Assembly (NCBI GenBank): GCA_947246355.1
Contig: CAMXQX010000014.1
Location: 1-22,483 of the forward strand
Length of the DNA stretch: 22,483 bases
Reading direction: 5' to 3'
Origin: an uncultured Bacillota bacterium
Lineage (GTDB): Bacteria; Bacillota_I; Bacilli_A; RF39; UBA660
Positions 13,099 to 21,573 of this stretch are shown piece by piece. Every line of letters starts with the position of its first letter. Position 1 is the stretch's first letter. Below the pieces are notes generated by a model that saw nothing but the letters and a program-made list of their open reading frames with translations, had not been told where the DNA came from and searched no databases. The translations under genes were made by a program, and so were the position numbers.

Positions 13099-15255
13099 TT
13101 ATATCATAAGAGGATTGATATCAATATCTAGTAATATTTTTGTCTTAAAATACATTTTTTTTATTTCTTTAAGACCTTCATAAATTTCTTTGGAATTTTT
13201 ATATTTTAAGAGAATCTGCACCGAGAAAATATCATTCACTTTAGGAATTAACGATGCACTTGGACCTAGAATAAAGGTATCTTTATATTTCTTTTCCCTT
13301 AAATATGATGCTATTTTTTCCCCTTCTTTTAATAGTAAATTTAAATCTTTTCCTTTGAGTTTTAAGAGAGCTAAATTATAGTAAGGACTATATTTTAATA
13401 CTTTTCTAATTTTCATCTCTTCCTCATAAAAGGCTTCATAATTGTGTTCTTTTGCGTACACAATACTATAATGTTCAATATTGAACCCTTGTATCACAAC
13501 TTCTCCTAAAAGGGCACCTCTACCCGCTCTTCCAGAGGTTTGTGATAACAGTTGATAGGTTCGCTCGGCACTTCTAAAATCAGGAAGATTAAGACCTGCA
13601 TCCCCATTTAACACCCCTACCAAGGTCACATTTTTAAAGTCCAATCCTTTGGCAATCATTTGCGTACCAAGTAAAATATTAGCATTTCCTTTGGCAAAGG
13701 CTTCTATGATTTTTTCATGGGCTCCCTTTTTAGAAGTGGTATCGATATCCATACGAAGGACTTTGGCTCCTTCTATGTTTTCTCGTAAATACTCTTCCAG
13801 CTTTTCGGTCCCCATTCCTTGCTCTTTAAAATCATGACTCGCGCACTCTGGACAGACTGTATCTTTCCTCTTTCCATACCCACAATAGTGGCACCGCATC
13901 GTATTGGAAGACTTATGATAAGTTAGTGGAATATCACAGTGAGGACAGGTATCTTGGTAACCGCATTTTTGGCAAGTAATCACTCTAGTATAACCTCTTT
14001 TATTTAAAAGAAGAATCACTTGCTCTTTTTTTTGAATTCTATCTACTATTTTCTCTTTTAAACTTTCCGATAGAATAGGATTTCCTCTTTTGATTTCCTC
14101 TTTCATATCCACCAAATAAACAAAAGGAAGCGTTGCACCTACCCGCTTTTTTAAAGTTAATAGTGTAAATACACCCAGTTTGGCTTTCGTATACGTCTCA
14201 ATAGAGGGCGTTGCGCTTCCCAAAACAACAGGCGCATTATGGTATTTGCCTCGAAATAAAGCAATATCCGTTGCATGGTATTTCGGGGTATTTTCTTGTT
14301 TATAAGTACTTGAATGCTCCTCATCCAAAATAAGAATGCCAATATTTTTAAGGGGGGCGAATATTGCGCTTCTTGCCCCTATGACAATGGAAACTTCTCC
14401 CCTTTCAATCTTCCGCCACTCATCGTATTTCTCTCCATCACTTAACTTGGAATGGAGAATGGCAATTTTATCTCCAAACCGTTTTAAGAACTTTTCGGTC
14501 ACTTGTGGTGTTAGACTAATTTCAGGAACCAACAAAATCGCGGTCTTTCCCCTATTTACTTTTTCCTCAATCAAAGCCATATAGACTTCTGTTTTGCCAC
14601 TTCCTGTGACCCCATGAAGTAAAAAAGGCCTAAATGTATCTTCTTTTAAAACTTCTTCTACTACACCTTGTTGTTCTTCTGTCAAAGAAAGAGGTGCTTC
14701 TTTTTCTTGTTTTCTTTTTTGAAAACGGTATTTTTCTTTTTTGTCCTCTTTTATAATGTGTTTTTTTAGTAATGTTTGGTAAGCCGTTCCATGCAAACTT
14801 CCTTTTAAAACCTCTCCATTCTTTAGTAATGCAATTACTTCTTTTTGTTTTTGACTCGTACAAAGTTGTAATGCTTCTTCTGCTTTCATTGCAAGAGAAA
14901 GATAATTTTCGTATTGAATGGATATTTTCGTATTCTTCTTAGCTTTTAATGCCTTAGGTAACATGGTTTGGTAAGCTGCAATTAAACTCGATAGTGTTTT
15001 ATTTTTGATATACTCCCCCATCCGTAGTAATTCTTCTGTGAGGACGGGTTCTTTATCCACAACGTCAATGATATCTTTGAGGTTAAATTCTTTTTCTTCC
15101 TCACTTATTTTCAAAACAAATCCTTCTAATGTTTGCTTTCCAAAGGGGACAAGGACACGCATACCCACCACAACATGCATTTCTGTTGGTATACGATAAG
15201 AAAATGTTTGGTCCAACCCCGTTGCTTTGATTTCTACGAGCACTTCTGCAATCAT
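13099..15255 (-). CDS. priA: Primosomal protein N' (replication restart helicase PriA)
   Basis: Motifs present: LLHGVTGSGKTEVY, ILDEEHS and the zinc-binding cluster CQKCGYQDTCPHCDIPLTYH...CHYCGY...CPEC. Start trimmed to ATG 15255 (MIAEVLVE...), which has an AAGGGTGG SD. The upstream ATG 15273 overlaps the predicted -10 element. Confidence 0.93.
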   Translation of the reverse strand: MIAEVLVEIKATGLDQTFSYRIPTEMHVVVGMRVLVPFGKQTLEGFVLKISEEEKEFNLKDIIDVVDKEPVLTEELLRMGEYIKNKTLSSLIAAYQTMLPKALKAKKNTKISIQYENYLSLAMKAEEALQLCTSQKQKEVIALLKNGEVLKGSLHGTAYQTLLKKHIIKEDKKEKYRFQKRKQEKEAPLSLTEEQQGVVEEVLKEDTFRPFLLHGVTGSGKTEVYMALIEEKVNRGKTAILLVPEISLTPQVTEKFLKRFGDKIAILHSKLSDGEKYDEWRKIERGEVSIVIGARSAIFAPLKNIGILILDEEHSSTYKQENTPKYHATDIALFRGKYHNAPVVLGSATPSIETYTKAKLGVFTLLTLKKRVGATLPFVYLVDMKEEIKRGNPILSESLKEKIVDRIQKKEQVILLLNKRGYTRVITCQKCGYQDTCPHCDIPLTYHKSSNTMRCHYCGYGKRKDTVCPECASHDFKEQGMGTEKLEEYLRENIEGAKVLRMDIDTTSKKGAHEKIIEAFAKGNANILLGTQMIAKGLDFKNVTLVGVLNGDAGLNLPDFRSAERTYQLLSQTSGRAGRGALLGEVVIQGFNIEHYSIVYAKEHNYEAFYEEEMKIRKVLKYSPYYNLALLKLKGKDLNLLLKEGEKIASYLREKKYKDTFILGPSASLIPKVNDIFSVQILLKYKNSKEIYEGLKEIKKMYFKTKILLDIDINPLMI

Positions 15256-15271
15256 GTTACCACCCTTACTC

Positions 15272-15280
15272 ATTATAGCA
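15272..15280 (-). promoter_or_regulatory. Extended -10 element upstream of priA
   Basis: Minus strand reads TGcTATAAT (15280-15272). The -35 region is only T-rich. Confidence 0.4.
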
Positions 15281-15321
15281 TGGTTTTAAAAAAAGAAAAA
15301 AGAATTTATTCTAAACTCTTT

Positions 15322-17688
15322 TTAATTCTTCACAATCCGAATGGTTTTATCCATCTTGTGAAAAAGATAGGTAATAAAATAATCCAATTTTTTATAAACG
15401 TACAAAGAAGCAAGAGTTAAAACAAAAGCAATTAACGTACTTTCATAACTGATGGGCATTAAATTAAAGAACGAGTATTGAAAAATTAAACAATAGATAA
15501 AACCTCCTAGCATGACAAAGAATAATGTTCTTCTCAGCCAAGTAAACGGCTTACATATTTTAAATAAGTAAATGAAACCTGTAATAGCTGTTAAGATGAC
15601 ACATAAAGAACTTTGTAGCTCATATGTTAAATCAAAAACATTGGTGAACGCTGTAACCAAAGCAACATTAAAAAATACAGTCATCGCAACAGGTAAACTT
15701 CTACTTACTACTTTGAGTAAAAAGTTTCCCTCCACCAGTTCATTGTTGGGTTCAAGAGCTAAAATAAAGGATGGCGTTCCAATCGTAAACGTTGTAATGA
15801 GTGTTAATTGAATAGGAACAAAGAAATACTTATTGGATATTAAAACACTAAAGACAATGAGTAAAATTGTATAAATTGTTTTTACAAGTAAAAGGGACGC
15901 ACTTCTTTCAATATTGTTGATGGTTCTTCTTCCTTCCATCACAATTTGTGGTAGTGAATTGAAATTATCATTTAGTAAAACGAGTTGCGCCACATTACGA
16001 GCTGCATCACTTCCACTAGCCACCGAAATCGCACAATCGCTTTGTTTTAAAGCCAGTACATCGTTGACTCCATCCCCTGTCATCGCCACCGTTAAACCTT
16101 CTCTCTGTAAAATTTGAATGATTTTTTTCTTTTGTTCTGGTTTTACTCTTCCAAAAACATCGTACTTTAAAACCGCTTCCTCTAATTCTTTTTCGTCTAA
16201 GTCTCCCACATTCCTACCTGTTTGCTCCTTAAGTCCTACCCTTTTAGCAATATTTAAAACGGTTTTAATATTGTCTCCTGAGATAATTTTGACTTTCACA
16301 CCCTGCTTTTGAAAATAAGAAAGTGTATCTTTGGCTTCTTTTCTCACTACATCTTCTATTAAAACACATCCTAAAATAGATAACTCCTTTGGATATTGAC
16401 TTAGAGGTTCTGTGCTTTTTGTTAAAACCAAAACTCGATAATTTTCTTGATATTTATCTAGTATATCTTGAATTTTAAGCGTATCTTCTTTAAGTAAAAA
16501 TTCGGGGGCCCCTATATAGAAGGTTTCCTCCTCCAAGGAAATACCCGAAAATTTTCGCTCGGAAGAAAAAGCAAGTCTTTTCTGTACTGTCTTTTGTTCA
16601 TTGGTTGAAAATCGCTTTTTTAAAGCTTCCATTGTCTCGTTAGTATCCTCTGTATACGTTGCATAAAGGTTTAAAGCTCTCTCTAGTTCTTCTTTGGAAG
16701 TATCTTGGTAAGGAAGAATATCCACCACTTCCATTTTCCCTTCGGTAAGCGTTCCTGTTTTATCCAAACAAATAACATTCACACGGGCAAGTGTTTCAAT
16801 GCAGTATAATTGTTGCACCAATACTTTGTATTTCGATAGGCGAATGACACTGACAGCCATAACAGAACTCGTTAAAAGAACAAGTCCCTCTGGTATCATT
16901 CCAATTAAAGAAGCAACAGTTGTAAAAATCGCTTCTGCTTTGTTTCCATCGACAGCTTCCAATTGAGATACATACATGATAATACCTATGGGGATAATCA
17001 AAACAGAAATCACTTTTAAAAGTTTTTCAAACGACTGCATAATCACAGAACGTATTTTTTTATTGTATTTTGCTTCCTTGGAAATCTGCGATACATAATT
17101 GTCACTTCCAATGTGTTCTACTTTGGCATACCCCGTTCCACTTACAATAAACGAACCTGATAAGAGCATATCTCCCTTTTTCTTGACGATTGCATCTGGC
17201 TCCCCTGTTAAAAGAGATTCATTCACTTCTACTTCTCCATCCAACAAAACGGCATCACATACGACTTGTTTGCCGAGGGACAATTTTATCACATCATCTA
17301 AAACTAGTTCATCTACCTTCACGGTTTCTTCCCTGCCACCACGAATGACATCTAAACTCGACTCAGCTAAAATCGATAAGCGATCAATAATTTTTTTTGA
17401 TATGACCTCTTCTACAATACTGATAATGGAATTGACAATGATGACGCCCATAAATAGGCAATTTTTTACTCCTTCAAAAAGAGCATGGTTTACAATACCT
17501 GTAATGAGTACTGCAAGGCCTAAACCAATGTTTAAGAAATTAAAATACGTAAATAAATTTCCTAAAATAATTTGTTTGATTGTTTTGGTCTTTGGTTGTG
17601 CATCAAAGTTCACTAAATTTTCTTCTCTTCTTTGCAACACTTGTTCTAAAGAAAGACCAGTCTCTATATTTGGATTATATCTTTCCAT
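15322..17688 (-). CDS. Cation-transporting P-type ATPase (HAD-IC, P2-like; substrate not assignable)
   Basis: 788 aa with TGEP (actuator), CLDKTGTLT (phosphorylation site), MTGDGVNDVLALKQSD (hinge), and IPEGL in TM4, plus about 10 TM segments. ATG 17688 has GGAG 8 nt upstream. Confidence 0.9.
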   Translation of the reverse strand: MERYNPNIETGLSLEQVLQRREENLVNFDAQPKTKTIKQIILGNLFTYFNFLNIGLGLAVLITGIVNHALFEGVKNCLFMGVIIVNSIISIVEEVISKKIIDRLSILAESSLDVIRGGREETVKVDELVLDDVIKLSLGKQVVCDAVLLDGEVEVNESLLTGEPDAIVKKKGDMLLSGSFIVSGTGYAKVEHIGSDNYVSQISKEAKYNKKIRSVIMQSFEKLLKVISVLIIPIGIIMYVSQLEAVDGNKAEAIFTTVASLIGMIPEGLVLLTSSVMAVSVIRLSKYKVLVQQLYCIETLARVNVICLDKTGTLTEGKMEVVDILPYQDTSKEELERALNLYATYTEDTNETMEALKKRFSTNEQKTVQKRLAFSSERKFSGISLEEETFYIGAPEFLLKEDTLKIQDILDKYQENYRVLVLTKSTEPLSQYPKELSILGCVLIEDVVRKEAKDTLSYFQKQGVKVKIISGDNIKTVLNIAKRVGLKEQTGRNVGDLDEKELEEAVLKYDVFGRVKPEQKKKIIQILQREGLTVAMTGDGVNDVLALKQSDCAISVASGSDAARNVAQLVLLNDNFNSLPQIVMEGRRTINNIERSASLLLVKTIYTILLIVFSVLISNKYFFVPIQLTLITTFTIGTPSFILALEPNNELVEGNFLLKVVSRSLPVAMTVFFNVALVTAFTNVFDLTYELQSSLCVILTAITGFIYLFKICKPFTWLRRTLFFVMLGGFIYCLIFQYSFFNLMPISYESTLIAFVLTLASLYVYKKLDYFITYLFHKMDKTIRIVKN

Positions 17689-17706
17689 ACTTTCAACTCC
17701 ATAGGT

Positions 17707-17735
17707 ATTATAGCACTTCTTACGTCTTATGTGAA
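17707..17735 (-). promoter_or_regulatory. Sigma-A promoter of the P-type ATPase gene
   Basis: Minus strand reads TTCACA (17735-17730), a 17-nt spacer, then TGcTATAAT (-10 at 17712-17707). The SD and ATG begin about 10-20 nt downstream, so the leader is short and leaves no room for a riboswitch. Confidence 0.65.
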
Positions 17736-17932
17736 TGAACCAAGAATTTTTTTCTAAAAAACAGTGTATTTTTTTAGTTATTTTTCATCATTTTTTTATT
17801 TCATTTTTGTGACAGGAAAATAGGGTAAGTAGAGAAAAGGATATAAAAAAAATCACATTTCTGCGATGAATTCTATTACAAATCTTTAAAATTCGTAATG
17901 TTTGTTTTCCCTTTGTTTTAAAAGAAAAAATA

Positions 17933-17961
17933 TTTACTTATAGTCTAACAAATCGTATAAT
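17933..17961 (+). promoter_or_regulatory. Sigma-A promoter driving the small hydrophobic-peptide ORF
   Basis: Plus strand reads TTTACT (17933-17938), a 17-nt spacer, then TATAAT (17956-17961). The predicted start site is about 17968. Confidence 0.55.
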
Positions 17962-18034
17962 GCATATAGAGATATGTATAAACTGTTAAGCGTTCCTCAT
18001 GAAAGTGAAGTGATGTCTATGTGGAAAGGGAAAA

Positions 18035-18109
18035 ATGGAATATTTAGTAATTCTTGTTATCTTGATTTTACTTTTAGACCTCAAATTAAAAAAACAAAGA
18101 CTAAAATGA
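18035..18109 (+). CDS. 24-aa hydrophobic/basic peptide, type I toxin-like
   Basis: My own translation gives MEYLVILVILILLLDLKLKKQRLK, a single TM-like stretch with a Lys/Arg tail. GAAAGG lies 5 nt upstream of the ATG. A hairpin terminator starts at the stop codon. The ORF is below the track's length cutoff. Confidence 0.4.
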   Translation: MEYLVILVILILLLDLKLKKQRLK

Positions 18110-18220
18110 AAACGCTTGGCACCAAGTCATAGCGTTTTCTTTAACATAACAATTAGAGACAACGCTTAACACACGAAAGTTCTACGTATCTCTTTTTTAT
18201 TGTATGAAATAACTTCATCT
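18105..18220 (-). ncRNA. Predicted ~115-nt antisense/convergent small RNA (candidate antitoxin)
   Basis: The call is defined only by the minus-strand promoter at 18227-18255 and the shared terminator. The RNA would be complementary to the 3' end of the small-ORF transcript. It also contains UGUUAAGCGUU, identical to an 11-mer in the mRNA 5' leader (17984-17994). Confidence 0.3.
18109..18143. terminator. Bidirectional hairpin terminator
   Basis: AAAACGCT (18109-18116) pairs with AGCGTTTT (18131-18138), with inner TGG/CCA (or CTTGG/CCAAG) pairing. U-rich sequence follows on both strands: UUUUCUUU on +, UUUUCAUUUU on -. Confidence 0.55.
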
Positions 18221-18226
18221 ACATAC

Positions 18227-18255
18227 ATTATATTATAATATTTTCTTTTTGTAAA
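18227..18255 (-). promoter_or_regulatory. Near-consensus sigma-A promoter convergent on the small ORF
   Basis: Minus strand reads TTTACA (18255-18250), a 17-nt spacer, then TATAAT (18232-18227). No protein-coding ORF follows before the terminator at 18143-18109. Confidence 0.55.
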
Positions 18256-18340
18256 TCCTTTTTTAATGCAGTTTTTTATGTCATTAAGAAAGAAATTTTA
18301 GTGGAATTTACTATTTTTTAATAAAAACCAAAATTATTTC

Positions 18341-19786
18341 CTACTCTACTATAAATTCTACTGAAAAATATTTCTTATCATTTTCTATTACTGCTCTATC
18401 TAAATTAGGAAGAGCATATTTCAATATACGATACTCTCCTTTCTTTAACTCTCCGTATCGATAAGACCAATCCAGTTCTAATTCCAATTTTCCTCTTACA
18501 TCTACATGATAAGCTATATCATTAAAACAGGCATTTTTATGAATCACTTCTAAAGGAACCCACTCCCCTTCTTCTTTTTTCTCTACTTGAAATTCTTCTC
18601 CATAGCTATACTGATTTTTACCCAAATCCGTAATCACTATCGTCACACCACTATTGGTTAGAGTTCCCTCTTTTATTTGCATAGAGACACTTGGAATTTC
18701 ACTCAAATGTTCACTTGTACTTCTTTCATTGATAGCAATTGCGTCGTTTATCTGTTCTAATCCTACCTTATCTGTTTCTTTCGCTTTGAGTAAAGTAGCA
18801 TACGTAAATATGTTGGAAATGGTATCTTCAAAAGAATAAAAATTTAAGAATGTAAATTCATAGATTTTTCCAACCACCAAGTTAGTACTTTTATTGATTT
18901 TAACGATTGCTTCTTCTCCTTGGAATTGTTTTAGTGTAACATTTACAAAATCTTCATCATCGTCTTCTATTACACTTTTAATAGAGTAAGTTCTAGTAAA
19001 TGTTTTTTCTATATTCTTCTCACGCCCACAATATTCACCATTTAGTCTTTCTACCATATCACTGCTACCAATATAAATATCATGGTTTCCTTCTATCGTA
19101 TTGCAAAATAAAATAGAATAGGCTTTATTTTTATAAAACGTAGAACCCCCATCATACATCACATACCTCTCCATTTGGTCTAGTGCATTTTGTGAAGTAA
19201 GATATTTTTTTATTTTTTCCATATTGGTTTGTTTGAAATCTAATGCCTTTTTGAGTTCAAAACAATTTTCCCTGCTATCACAAAGATGCATTGCTTCTAT
19301 ACCATAATAATACACTTGGCTTATCCTCCCCTCTTCTATAGTAAACTTTTTTGTTAGTTGTAAATCTTTATCGGTATCGCTTGGAACGATATTCATATGA
19401 TAAATATCTATTTTTGGATAAGCTTTTTTATAAGTCATAACAAGAAATACAATAAGCAAAAAGAAAAGAAAAAGAAGAAAACAAATGGTATACTTGAATT
19501 TGATTTTATTTCTTTGATTGGCGTGAATAGTATCCATCAGTGTTTCCTCGGAAGTTTTCATGATGTTATCTTTTTCTATTCGCTCTCCATTTACCAGTTC
19601 ACTCATCGAAATATCCAAAATTTCACACAATGGTTTGAATAGAGAAACATCTGGCATTCGTCTGCCATTTTCCCAATTAGAAATAGCCCTATCTGTTACG
19701 TTTAATAAATCGGCAAGCTCTTGTTGTGTCATTCTTTTATCCTTTCTTACCTTGGCGATAAACTTTCCAATTTTGTTTTGGTTCAT
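18341..19786 (-). CDS. Membrane-bound XRE-family transcriptional regulator with large extracytoplasmic domain
   Basis: Start trimmed to ATG 19786 (MNQNKIGKFIAKVRKDKRMTQQELADLLNVTDRAISNWENGRRMP...), with GAGGG 5 nt upstream. It has an HTH_3-type N-terminus, one TM helix (ICFLLFLFFLLIVFLVMTY) and a C-terminal region of about 360 aa outside the membrane. Confidence 0.8.
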   Translation of the reverse strand: MNQNKIGKFIAKVRKDKRMTQQELADLLNVTDRAISNWENGRRMPDVSLFKPLCEILDISMSELVNGERIEKDNIMKTSEETLMDTIHANQRNKIKFKYTICFLLFLFFLLIVFLVMTYKKAYPKIDIYHMNIVPSDTDKDLQLTKKFTIEEGRISQVYYYGIEAMHLCDSRENCFELKKALDFKQTNMEKIKKYLTSQNALDQMERYVMYDGGSTFYKNKAYSILFCNTIEGNHDIYIGSSDMVERLNGEYCGREKNIEKTFTRTYSIKSVIEDDDEDFVNVTLKQFQGEEAIVKINKSTNLVVGKIYEFTFLNFYSFEDTISNIFTYATLLKAKETDKVGLEQINDAIAINERSTSEHLSEIPSVSMQIKEGTLTNSGVTIVITDLGKNQYSYGEEFQVEKKEEGEWVPLEVIHKNACFNDIAYHVDVRGKLELELDWSYRYGELKKGEYRILKYALPNLDRAVIENDKKYFSVEFIVE

Positions 19787-19889
19787 AGTTTCCCTCTTTT
19801 CAAAACTATTATAAAAGAAAAAAAGAAAAAAGTATCCAAACAAAACGTGGAGTTTTCCTTTCTTCTAGTGTTTAATTGGTTACTACAAA

Positions 19890-20075
19890 TTACCTACTCT
19901 TATTATTTTTCTCTTTATCAAAATGAGTAAATGCTAAACACAAAAAAGAAAAGCCTAAACATAAGAACATTCCTGCTGTCCCAGTATTTTTATCTATAAA
20001 ATTCAATAGAGCACCAATAAAATAACATATAGAAGCAGTTAAAAATCCTACAAAACTTATTTCTTCTTTTGACAC
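19890..20075 (-). CDS. Small two-TM membrane protein (61 aa)
   Basis: GTG 20075 has AAGGAGG 7 nt upstream. The product is (M)SKEEISFVGFLTASICYFIGALLNFIDKNTGTAGMFLCLGFSFLCLAFTHFDKEKNNKSR. The track's longer N-terminus (from 20138) has no SD. Confidence 0.55.
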   Translation of the reverse strand: MSKEEISFVGFLTASICYFIGALLNFIDKNTGTAGMFLCLGFSFLCLAFTHFDKEKNNKSR

Positions 20076-20163
20076 ACTCTCACCTCCTTTACTATCGAGG
20101 AAAAAGAAGAATTCCTTCCTGCAACAACACTTCATCATCTCATTGGTTATTTTATAGTAATCC

Positions 20164-21174
20164 TTATTTTTTTATAAATACATTAGGATACTCACTAGCC
20201 ACTTTTTCGGCTGGAATATATTTATTTTCTAAAGCATATTTTAAAGACATAGTTTGATGATTTAACAGAAATTGAATGGCGATCTCATTCGTATCAACAC
20301 TTTTTACATAATAGCTATTTTTATCATCTTTATAAATGAGTTGTTCTTTTTGATTATTGTTATCTCTATAATCTAAAAGAGTATAAAATACATATTCTGT
20401 TTCTTCTTCTATCATTTTTCTTAAATCCATATCATTAGAAATAGAGTAATGACAACCATTTATACTTTTGGGAATGAGTCTTGTTCCATCACTCCAAACA
20501 TAAATCGTATCAATGAATTTATTATCATTATCATACATTTGTAAATCAAAAGCATGGCCATCAGATAAGCAAATCTCTCCGTATTTTTTGCTACTTGAAA
20601 CAGCAGTTAAAATTTCTGTTAATTTGTCTTTATCAGTTATTGTTCCTAATTCTTTTTGGTCTACTTTTATAACTATTTTTGTAGTATCCTTCATTTTATC
20701 TAATGTATCCGTTGGAATCGATTTACCCTCTTTCGCAGTATCTTTAACGACACACTTATTTATAATTTCGTTAAAATCAACGTCACTATCTTGATTATGA
20801 ATATAAATGGTAGGAGTAAAAGCACTTTCATACATTTGGTATACCGAAAATTTCTCATAAAAATACTTATCAAAGTCTTTCATTACACTAGAATCATATG
20901 TTCCGCCTTTCGGATAAACAATCACATATTTATTATTAGGATGATGACTCGCATATACTCCTTTATAATAAGCAATTTTTTCTTTATCACCACTTTTTAT
21001 TTCACTGAAAGGTATTTCAATTAAGTCATCTACCTCCGTTACAAGATAACCCCCTAACCCGCTTTCCAAACACTGCATAAGTGTTTTATCATAATCTTCT
21101 ACTACTTGCTTATTTTTACCACAGCCTGTAGTAAGACATAATCCAATCAAGGATAAAACAACGATTTTTTTCAT
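20164..21174 (-). CDS. Lipoprotein of unknown function
   Basis: The N-terminus MKKIVVLSLIGLCLTTGC contains a lipobox. AAAGGAG lies 7 nt upstream of ATG 21174. The protein is 336 aa and hydrophilic. Confidence 0.75.
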   Translation of the reverse strand: MKKIVVLSLIGLCLTTGCGKNKQVVEDYDKTLMQCLESGLGGYLVTEVDDLIEIPFSEIKSGDKEKIAYYKGVYASHHPNNKYVIVYPKGGTYDSSVMKDFDKYFYEKFSVYQMYESAFTPTIYIHNQDSDVDFNEIINKCVVKDTAKEGKSIPTDTLDKMKDTTKIVIKVDQKELGTITDKDKLTEILTAVSSSKKYGEICLSDGHAFDLQMYDNDNKFIDTIYVWSDGTRLIPKSINGCHYSISNDMDLRKMIEEETEYVFYTLLDYRDNNNQKEQLIYKDDKNSYYVKSVDTNEIAIQFLLNHQTMSLKYALENKYIPAEKVASEYPNVFIKK

Positions 21175-21194
21175 ACCAGCACTCCTTTACCGTC

Positions 21195-21203
21195 ATTATA
21201 TCA
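21195..21203 (-). promoter_or_regulatory. Extended -10 element upstream of the lipoprotein gene
   Basis: Minus strand reads TGaTATAAT (21203-21195). TTGATT is nearby but at sub-optimal spacing. Confidence 0.45.
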
Positions 21204-21288
21204 TGTGTTTTTAAAATCAAAACTATTTTTTAAAAGAAAAGGATATTGGTTATTTATTTCGTATGTCAAATACAAAGGGTGATGATTT

Positions 21289-21573
21289 ATGAATTATTAT
21301 GCTTCTATCAAAGAAGAATTTGTAAATAATGAAATATATAAAAAGGTAAAAGATTACAGTAAAAATAAAAATGATTTAGATACATATTACAAGGTAGGAA
21401 AATTACTTTCACAAGCAGGTAAACATTATGGAGAAGGTATTATCCTATGTAGACGTGATCATAAATTTATAATGGAATACTGTAGCGATAAAAGAGTATT
21501 ATCAAGAGAGTATAGGTTAATCAACACAAAGTGGGAAAAAAATAAAAGAACCTTACGTCCTTTTATTTCTTAA
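21289..21573 (+). pseudogene. Truncated YhcG/DUF1016-like N-terminal fragment
   Basis: NYYASIKEEFVNNEIYKKVKDYSKNKNDLDTYYKVGKLLSQAGKHYGEGII matches the N-terminal helical domain pattern of Firmicutes YhcG-type (PDDEXK) proteins as I recall it. The remaining 40 aa diverge and the ORF stops at 94 aa, against about 340 aa for intact members. It overlaps the convergent gene by 11 nt. Confidence 0.4.

Noticed and set aside
17099-17704. 201-aa + strand ORF
   Set aside because: It lies entirely antisense to the well-supported P-type ATPase gene. It has no SD and no recognisable motifs.
18013-18132. Alternative 39-aa + strand ORF (MSMWKGKNGIFSNSCYLDFTFRPQIKKTKTKMKTLGTKS) overlapping the 24-aa peptide ORF
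   Set aside because: It has a weaker SD and runs through the terminator hairpin. Its hydrophilic composition has no recognisable character. The 24-aa hydrophobic peptide fits the surrounding signals better.
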